DNA of 47,892 bases from a virus. Each line of letters starts with the position of its first letter. Position 1 is the first letter of the stretch. A program made the position numbers and the translations under genes. Under the pieces are notes generated by a model. It made no database searches. It was not told where the DNA came from and saw nothing but the letters and a program-made list of their open reading frames with translations. The DNA lies in the IMG/VR virus record IMGVR_UViG_3300045996_000711, positions 1 to 47,892 of that record; one strand, 5' to 3'. This document shows positions 43,152-47,892 of the stretch, piece by piece.

Positions 43152-43355
43152 TCACTTGCCTTTGATGCGAGCCTTCAGCTCTCTGACTTCTTCTTCCAGC
43201 TCAGCGCGCTTCAGGTCCCAGCCAGCGCGAGCACGGTCATAGAACTCATTGGCCTTACTGGATCGACGGCCCAGGCCAACGCCTACGAAGGCACCTAGAA
43301 CGGCACCGATCACAAGACCCACAAGAAACTGGAACGAAAGGATGAACTCAAACAT
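43152..43355 (-). CDS. Small membrane protein (67 aa)
   Basis: N-terminal TM FLVGLVIGAVLGAFVGVGLG followed by a charged helix. Confidence 0.5.
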   Translation of the reverse strand: MFEFILSFQFLVGLVIGAVLGAFVGVGLGRRSSKANEFYDRARAGWDLKRAELEEEVRELKARIKGK

Positions 43356-43357
43356 GG

Positions 43358-43879
43358 TTACTCTCCTGGGTTAACTTTCAATTGTTCCGCTGACCACTGT
43401 TGCCACAAATCTACGGTTGCGTAGGCGATTTTGCATTTTCCCATGTTTCGGGCGTGGGTGTCGGCAACGTCTGCAATGGCGATAGGGGCTGCATGAGAGA
43501 TGCTGGTGGGGTCGGGAACGGTACCTTCGATGGCGGCATTGAAGAACAGCCTGAAACCGCCAGACAGGTAGCCAGAATCGACGGGAACGAAAACTTCTCT
43601 GATTTTGACAATGGCTTCTCCCTTTTCTTTGATAGTCTTAACCACAGCGACCGTTTTCGTTTCGTACCTGACGGTGACCTTCCCAGCTTCCTTCTTTAGC
43701 CGTTCAACCTCCTTCTTGCCGCGCTCTACAGAGGCATTCCATTCGGCCTTAACATCTGCCTGACCAGCCTCATACCGAGTATGTCCGTAGTACCAACCGC
43801 CAGCCAACAAAGCCAAGGCAACCCAAACCCACGCCGGGATACGCCCTAGAAATGCCCCGGCGGCGGCAAAGGCGAGCAT
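43358..43879 (-). CDS. i-spanin (Rz-like)
   Basis: 173 aa. N-terminal TM, then a coiled coil (VERGKKEVERLKKEAGK). Contains an embedded lipoprotein ORF in another frame. Confidence 0.75.
   Translation of the reverse strand: MLAFAAAGAFLGRIPAWVWVALALLAGGWYYGHTRYEAGQADVKAEWNASVERGKKEVERLKKEAGKVTVRYETKTVAVVKTIKEKGEAIVKIREVFVPVDSGYLSGGFRLFFNAAIEGTVPDPTSISHAAPIAIADVADTHARNMGKCKIAYATVDLWQQWSAEQLKVNPGE
43411..43611 (-). CDS. o-spanin (Rz1-like), fully embedded in the i-spanin gene
   Basis: 66 aa. Lipobox AVSGC, then a Pro-rich mature part (PPSKVPFPTPPASLMQPLSPLQTLPTPTPE). Confidence 0.75.
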   Translation of the reverse strand: MSKSEKFSFPSILATCLAVSGCSSMPPSKVPFPTPPASLMQPLSPLQTLPTPTPETWENAKSPTQP

Positions 43880-44211
43880 TAATCTTTACCCTCTACGGTA
43901 ACTTGCTCGCCTGGGGAAACGGCTACTGTGGGTGTAGGAGCAGCCGTTTGTGCGACAGTTTTAGCTGCATCTGCCATTTTGTCCAAGGTTTCCGTCTGCT
44001 GCTTATTGGTGTGACTTGAACCGAAGAAATATGAAATCAGGTCCGAATACTTAGCCAGCAATCCGCCCAAAACGAGCATCACAGCATCCCGGTTGCTGAT
44101 CGGGATTTCCTTGTTCAGAATTCCCCAACTGAAATAGCCGAGAAACACCACCGTCGCCACAACCAATAGCCCGCCGGACACGTTTAGGGCCAATTGGCGG
44201 GCTTCCTTCAC
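43879..44211 (-). CDS. Putative holin (2 TM)
   Basis: 110 aa (GTG start). TM segments GGLLVVATVVFLGYFSWGIL and AVMLVLGGLLAKYSDLISYFFG. Immediately upstream of the spanins. Confidence 0.45.
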   Translation of the reverse strand: MKEARQLALNVSGGLLVVATVVFLGYFSWGILNKEIPISNRDAVMLVLGGLLAKYSDLISYFFGSSHTNKQQTETLDKMADAAKTVAQTAAPTPTVAVSPGEQVTVEGKD

Positions 44212-44280
44212 TCCGGTGCCTTTCTATTCAGCCAGCGCCAAAACCTACGCGCTAGCTTCTTCAGGCCATAGAGGATCGCG

Positions 44281-44451
44281 TCAAGCATTGCCGTCTAGAA
44301 CGTCCGCTGCTGTACGAAGCTGCTCGGATACTGAGCCTTCTCCATTCAGTTTTACACGAATGATGGTTTTCCCTTCTTCTTCAGTTGTATCTGCCGAGCG
44401 TTGCTGCTCAGTTCCACCACCGATAATGATCACGACAGCCGGTCCACTCAT
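44281..44451 (-). CDS. Hypothetical small protein (56 aa, below the ORF-track cutoff)
   Basis: Hand translation: MSGPAVVIIIGGGTEQQRSADTTEEEGKTIIRVKLNGEGSVSEQLRTAADVLDGNA. ATGA overlap with the upstream stop. Confidence 0.4.
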   Translation of the reverse strand: MSGPAVVIIIGGGTEQQRSADTTEEEGKTIIRVKLNGEGSVSEQLRTAADVLDGNA

Positions 44452-44753
44452 TTCTTCTTATCCTGTTTGTTGTTGTTGATCGTTTGCAGCCAAGCATCGT
44501 GAATTTCGTCTTTCTCGCGAAGTTCGCGGATTTGGCTGGACAGTTCGCTTAGGGCCTCTTTGCTGTCGTTCTTGTTGTCCAAGTACAACGCGAAAATTGC
44601 CGCCGCTATCAATGTCACAATCCAAACCGCAATTCCGCCTGCCTCGATCCTGATACTTGCGCTGTTTCGGTTAACGGGTGAAGCCATTTCTTCTACCTTG
44701 TCCATCGCGCTATGAACCCGCTTGACTACATCGTCAACCGACGTGTTCGGCAT
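44448..44753 (-). CDS. Single-pass membrane protein (101 aa) in the lysis cassette
   Basis: TM GGIAVWIVTLIAAAIFALYL followed by a coiled coil. Confidence 0.5.
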   Translation of the reverse strand: MPNTSVDDVVKRVHSAMDKVEEMASPVNRNSASIRIEAGGIAVWIVTLIAAAIFALYLDNKNDSKEALSELSSQIRELREKDEIHDAWLQTINNNKQDKKK

Positions 44754-44765
44754 GATGCCCCCTGT

Positions 44766-44996
44766 TCAGTTCTCGGATCGTCCTCGTAAATAGGCCAAAT
44801 CCTCGGCAACTTTCTTCAGTTCATCATGCAGTTTGGAGAAATTGACTTGAAAATCCCTTTGAATGTTGGAAAGGTCTTCCCGAGTCACAAACGTGGCAAT
44901 CTTGCCCTGCAATTTGAACACCCACACGAATAATCCCGTCACAGACGCAATGGTTAGCGCCTGCACAATGGACTCGAAGCTCATTTCAAGCACCAT
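44766..44996 (-). CDS. Small membrane protein (76 aa) in the lysis cassette (holin/antiholin candidate)
   Basis: TM IVQALTIASVTGLFVWVF. Directly downstream of the endolysin. Confidence 0.45.
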   Translation of the reverse strand: MVLEMSFESIVQALTIASVTGLFVWVFKLQGKIATFVTREDLSNIQRDFQVNFSKLHDELKKVAEDLAYLRGRSEN

Positions 44997-45057
44997 TCGC
45001 GCTTCCTCAAGGATAAGTCATGTTCAAGGTACATGCATTTACCTGAAGGAAATGTCA

Positions 45058-45636
45058 TTAACGACCGCCAAAAGCCTTATAGGCCTTCGCTAGCTTGATG
45101 TCGTATTTGTTGGCTGAATAGCCGGAGCCGTTATACCCGAAGGCGAATCCGGCCCAATCCTTGCGGCGCAACTCATCGTCCAGATTCCGGCCCTTTACGT
45201 AACCGATAAACGCATCCAAATGATCGCGCTCTGATCGATACATGGCATTTATGAATGACTGAAGGGACGAATAGCCGCACACCTTCCAGTTAAAGCCCAT
45301 GATCTGAAACTTTCCATAACTGGCTGATTGTAATGCGGCTTCTCGGTCTAGACTGACGGCCTGGGCGAGCCGGCGATGCTGATGCTGGCCGGTCGGCCCG
45401 TATAGTTTCCGGTCCCAGCGCGCGCTTGAAATGTTGGGATGAGAAGCCCTGAACTTACCCTTGGTCAGTCGATCAAAGATATGGGCTTCAAAGAGAATGA
45501 CAGGTTCGCCAGTGGGGAGAAAGCCATCGCCCTGAGACTCTACTTCAGCCACAGCCTTGATAGCTGCCGCTTCGCAGTCAAGCTCACGGGCTTTGTCTTG
45601 GTAATCCTGTTCAGTAAGCTTCGGCTTTTCTGCCAC
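45058..45636 (-). CDS. Endolysin, N-acetylmuramidase (DUF3380) family
   Basis: 192 aa (GTG start; RBS GGGGGTGA). AIKAVAEVESQGDGF...ILFEAHIFDRLT...YGKFQIMGFNWK...DWAGFAFGYNGSGYSANKYDIKLAKAY. Confidence 0.85.
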   Translation of the reverse strand: MAEKPKLTEQDYQDKARELDCEAAAIKAVAEVESQGDGFLPTGEPVILFEAHIFDRLTKGKFRASHPNISSARWDRKLYGPTGQHQHRRLAQAVSLDREAALQSASYGKFQIMGFNWKVCGYSSLQSFINAMYRSERDHLDAFIGYVKGRNLDDELRRKDWAGFAFGYNGSGYSANKYDIKLAKAYKAFGGR

Positions 45637-45691
45637 AAGTCACCCCCTGCGTTCCATCAAGGCTATCACAGTCAATGGGTTGTGAAAAGTG

Positions 45692-45779
45692 TGGTGCCGC
45701 CGTCGGGAGTCGAACCAAGAGGGTATCCCCTCCGAACCTTCAGGTTAAAAGCCTGATGCTCTCCAAGAGCTTCAGCGGC
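45692..45779 (-). tRNA. tRNA-Lys(UUU)-like gene with a 16-nt hairpin insertion in the T stem
   Basis: Acceptor GCCGCTG/CGGCGGC plus ACCA. D arm GCTC-TTGGA-GAGC. Anticodon arm TCAGG-CTTTTAA-CCTGA. The T arm becomes TCGGG-TTCGACT-CCCGA only if 45716-45731 (AGGGGATACCCTCTTG) is removed. Confidence 0.55.
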
Positions 45780-45799
45780 ATATAAACAAGTTACAAATA

Positions 45800-45969
45800 T
45801 GGCGCTTGCGGACCGGGCTCGATACCGGCTGGTCCTGAGCTTGCTGGCCTAGGGGCCTGCTTGTGAAGTCCATCACTTCCGTCCTCTCCTTTTAGGTTGC
45901 AAGGAGCGCTCATTTAACGATGGTGACCCGCTTCCGTCACGCTGCATGTCCCTCCACGCTGCCGCAAGC
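45800..45969 (-). ncRNA. Structured ~170-nt RNA closed by an 8-bp acceptor-like helix with a GCCA 3' end
   Basis: GCTTGCGG (45962-45969) pairs with CCGCAAGC (45804-45811), followed by G-CCA. T-like arm GCCGG-TATCGAGC-CCGGT. At least four internal hairpins. Confidence 0.35.
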
Positions 45970-45984
45970 AAAATAATTAGACTA

Positions 45985-46091
45985 TGGCCTTCGTGGGATT
46001 CTAACCCACAGTACGCTGGTCCTCCGGTTCAATCGCCGTCCAGCTTCGCCTTTTTTGACTTTCAGCGTCTAACACATTCCGCCAGAAAGCC
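45985..46091 (-). ncRNA. tRNA-like element (Leu-like D arm, canonical T arm, no recognisable anticodon helix; 107 nt)
   Basis: Acceptor GGCTTTC/GAAGGCC. TGGCGGAATGTGTTAGACGC resembles the class II tRNA-Leu D arm. T arm GTGGG-TTAGAAT-CCCAC. The central 54 nt do not form a 5-bp/7-nt anticodon arm. Confidence 0.4.
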
Positions 46092-46155
46092 ATAATCTAA
46101 TGAAAAGATCCGTTACACGCTCCGGTGGACCAAGCCGGGCTCCCTGCCGGGGAGA

Positions 46156-46380
46156 TTATACTGAAAGGGTTGCTCCGAAGCCTTCTTCGTGCTTTGCCAT
46201 AGCGCGAGCCACATCAAGGGCCCGATCTTCACTAGGGAACTCTGCAATGACCTCACTACCACCAAGGCTTCTTTGAGTTCGATCCTCTGACATATAGGGG
46301 TGGCAGTAACGGGTGACTACATATCGAACCACCGGCCGTATCCGATACTCCGGGCCTGGGACATTCTTCTCGTTGAACAT
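46156..46380 (-). CDS. Hypothetical protein (74 aa)
   Basis: ATG at 46380 preceded by GGAGA. It is the only ORF inside the RNA-rich locus. Confidence 0.45.
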   Translation of the reverse strand: MFNEKNVPGPEYRIRPVVRYVVTRYCHPYMSEDRTQRSLGGSEVIAEFPSEDRALDVARAMAKHEEGFGATLSV

Positions 46381-46566
46381 ACTATCTCCGCGCCCCGCAG
46401 GGCATAAGGTTGAGGGTTGCCGGTTACCATCGTCCGGCATTGCTGCGCCAAGTTAGCATCTTGTACGCGCAATGGGTGGCTGCTTTGACGCATTGAGCCT
46501 GCGTCGGGACCCGGTCGCCGATCCGTACTGAGCAATACTGGAAGATTTGCTATTCCTCCCTCCCTC

Positions 46567-46614
46567 AGTCAATTACGCTATGCGTTTCGCCGTTTACGGC
46601 TCATCAGATTGACT
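46567..46614 (-). ncRNA. Hammerhead ribozyme (stem I open; type I topology)
   Basis: Minus RNA: AGUCAAU-CUGAUGA-GCCG-UAAA-CGGC-GAAA-CGC-AUA-GCG-U-A/AUUGACU. All core positions are canonical: C3-A9, G12 A13 A14, A15.1-U16.1, H17=A. Predicted cleavage is between 46574 and 46573. Confidence 0.8.
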
Positions 46615-46619
46615 TTAAG

Positions 46620-46749
46620 GCGCTGGTCTCTCCCGGCTGTCACGTCGTTATCCCCGCTACTGGCTCCAGACGTTCTCGTACCGCGATTACTCCAACGGGG
46701 TTAGGCCGTGCCTTCAATGCTGGGTTGGCTACGGAAACGATACCAGCGC
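46620..46749 (-). ncRNA. ~130-nt structured RNA domain immediately 5' of the hammerhead
   Basis: 8-bp closing helix GCGCTGGT (46742-46749) with ACCAGCGC (46620-46627). Nested CGTTTCCG/CGAGAACG, CCAAC/GTTGG and ACGTC/GACGT helices. Confidence 0.35.
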
Positions 46750-46762
46750 GTTAAATAGTTCT

Positions 46763-46829
46763 TGGTGCCGCAGAAGTAGCCAAGCCTACTGGGGAATGCT
46801 CTAGGATTGCCCTAAAGCCATGCTGCGGT
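46763..46829 (-). ncRNA. 67-nt tRNA-shaped mini-RNA lacking a D arm, with an encoded ACCA end
   Basis: Closing helix CCGCAG/CTGCGG plus ACCA. 7-bp hairpin GCTTTAG-GGCAATC-CTAGAGC. 5-bp hairpin AGTAG-GCTTGG-CTACT. Confidence 0.35.
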
Positions 46830-46838
46830 TCATGGGGG

Positions 46839-47039
46839 TCACTTTAGCAACTCTAGCGCCGTAAGCCCTTCTGCTCCGCTGGGAGCTGCTACGGGCACAT
46901 AATCAATACCGTTATCGTAGTCAATGTCCTTCGGACCCCACTGCTTCAGTAACTCTTCGCGGCTCTTAGCCGGCTCAAGGATCGCTTTCATGTTCTTGTT
47001 CATATTCAGCCAGTATACGTTATGCGTAGAAGTATCCAT
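46839..47039 (-). CDS. Hypothetical protein (66 aa)
   Basis: ORF, overlap-coupled to the upstream gene. Confidence 0.45.
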   Translation of the reverse strand: MDTSTHNVYWLNMNKNMKAILEPAKSREELLKQWGPKDIDYDNGIDYVPVAAPSGAEGLTALELLK

Positions 47040-47286
47040 CTTTAGCCCTCTGTTTCTCTAGTTCTGCTAGCCATTCTTTTCGGTATTCGGCCGTGTATTC
47101 CTTGAGCCACCAGCGCGCGATTGCAATTCGCATGGCGTACTCGTCCACCGAAATACCCGGACGAAGCTCAGCCTTCTCTATCGCGCGCTTAAGCGGGTTT
47201 TTTGTCGGGGTTGACATACAGCTTGTTTGAGAAGTAACGGCATTCGCCGCTTGGGAGAGTGTACTAATGGCCGATACGCTTGCCAT
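47020..47286 (-). CDS. Hypothetical protein (start uncertain: 47286 or 47217)
   Basis: 88-aa ORF. No clear RBS at either ATG. Confidence 0.4.
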   Translation of the reverse strand: MASVSAISTLSQAANAVTSQTSCMSTPTKNPLKRAIEKAELRPGISVDEYAMRIAIARWWLKEYTAEYRKEWLAELEKQRAKDGYFYA

Positions 47287-47340
47287 TGAACATCACGGCT
47301 ACTTTCGTCGCTGCATAGGCATCAAGGGATTCGTGGTATT

Positions 47341-47574
47341 TCATGAAAAAAGTCCTTTGAAAAATGCATCAGCGGCGGGACCGAAGTATTTAACCAGCAC
47401 CGTGGCAATGGCTACACCGAACATGACCCACATGATTTCGATCAGATTGGCTTTCGGAGGAGGAGGAATCTCAAGATTCTTACGGCGTTCTTCATCACCC
47501 ATCATCCAAGTATCGAAACGATGCTTCTTAGTCTCTGCAAGTTCACGGTTGGCGTCTGATTCGCTTCGGCTCAT
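47341..47574 (-). CDS. Small C-terminally anchored membrane protein (77 aa)
   Basis: ATG at 47574 preceded by GAGAGGGGAA. The TTG at 47649 in the ORF track is less likely. TM IEIMWVMFGVAIATVLV. Confidence 0.45.
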   Translation of the reverse strand: MSRSESDANRELAETKKHRFDTWMMGDEERRKNLEIPPPPKANLIEIMWVMFGVAIATVLVKYFGPAADAFFKGLFS

Positions 47575-47658
47575 GTCGTTCCCCTCTCGTTTCCCTGTAG
47601 CGAAATCATACTTCGGTTTTTTATGAATTTGTGACCATTCGTCGGCCAATAACTACCG

Positions 47659-47862
47659 TTAGTCGTCGTCTTGATGAATTTTGGCTACATAGACCCGGTG
47701 AAACTCCATTTCCCCATTGTCGTCTAGCCAATAGTCGCCGATGCTAGGCGAATGGACAAAGATTCTACCGATGCTTGGCTGCATCGTAGCGTCTTCCGGA
47801 AAAATGTGTGTCCACAGACCCTTTCCGCTTGGGTTGTGGCCGGTGATCGAATAAATCTTCAT
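47659..47862 (-). CDS. Hypothetical protein (67 aa)
   Basis: ORF whose 5' part lies in the terminal duplicate. In the circular map it follows the RusA-like gene with an ATGA-type overlap. Confidence 0.5.
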   Translation of the reverse strand: MKIYSITGHNPSGKGLWTHIFPEDATMQPSIGRIFVHSPSIGDYWLDDNGEMEFHRVYVAKIHQDDD

Positions 47863-47892
47863 GCCGGTTCATCCTGTAGAAACTCTACCAGA
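47766..47892. repeat. Terminal overlap copy 2, identical to 1-127
   Basis: Exact 127-nt identity with the window start. Confidence 0.95.

Noticed and set aside
45692-45716. attP-like fragment: the 3' 25 nt (acceptor, T stem, T loop) look like a perfect host tRNA 3' end.
   Set aside because: No integrase or excisionase is recognisable anywhere. The 5' part (acceptor strand, D arm, anticodon arm) is also present, so this is a whole, interrupted tRNA-like gene rather than an att core.
45800-45969. tmRNA or tRNA-Sec assignment for the 170-nt element.
   Set aside because: There is no G3-U70 pair, no obvious tag reading frame and it is far shorter than tmRNA. It is far longer than tRNA-Sec and has no UCA anticodon arm.
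1-47892. CRISPR arrays, rRNA genes, transposases/IS elements, integrase and toxin-antitoxin pairs.
   Set aside because: I saw no direct-repeat/spacer architecture, rRNA-like sequence, DDE or tyrosine/serine recombinase motifs, or paired small-ORF TA signatures when reading the ORF translations and intergenic regions.

Overview
The window is a complete, tightly packed phage genome. Bases 1-127 are identical to 47766-47892, so the unit length is 47765 bp, either circularly closed or terminally redundant. All calls below come from reading motifs by eye; no searches were run.

Layout:
- A divergent control region lies at 7059-7186.
- The plus-strand operon (7187-15552) carries RecT, a coiled-coil partner, many unknown genes, a Lar/DUF551 fusion and a secreted Gly/Ser-rich protein.
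- The minus-strand unit runs from a Cro-like gene (7058) through small early genes, an HNH gene, an SPFH cassette, NinB, Ref and RusA. It wraps across the window end into an RNA-rich leader, the lysis cassette, HNH, TerS and TerL. It continues through HK97-type head genes and a GTA-like tail module, ending at 15595.
- The two units converge on a bidirectional terminator (15573-15590).

Most interesting observations:
1. A nine-gene glycosyltransferase/methyltransferase cassette (27419-32224) is inserted inside the head-tail joining module and is translationally coupled to it. It is a candidate virion glycosylation/methylation system.
2. A 1.2 kb RNA-dense locus lies just upstream of the lysis genes (45637-46838). 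It contains a textbook hammerhead ribozyme core (46567-46614), a tRNA-Lys(UUU)-like gene interrupted by a 16-nt hairpin in its T stem, and several other non-canonical tRNA-shaped elements with encoded CCA ends.
3. A 480-nt highly structured non-coding region lies at 4576-5055.

Also present: five free-standing nuclease genes (two GIY-YIG, three HNH), an unusual protease-capsid-portal gene order, a BNR/Asp-box propeller inside the tail-tip protein, an embedded spanin pair and a -1 frameshift site in the tail chaperone. I recognised no integrase, CI-type repressor, replication initiator, rRNA or CRISPR array.
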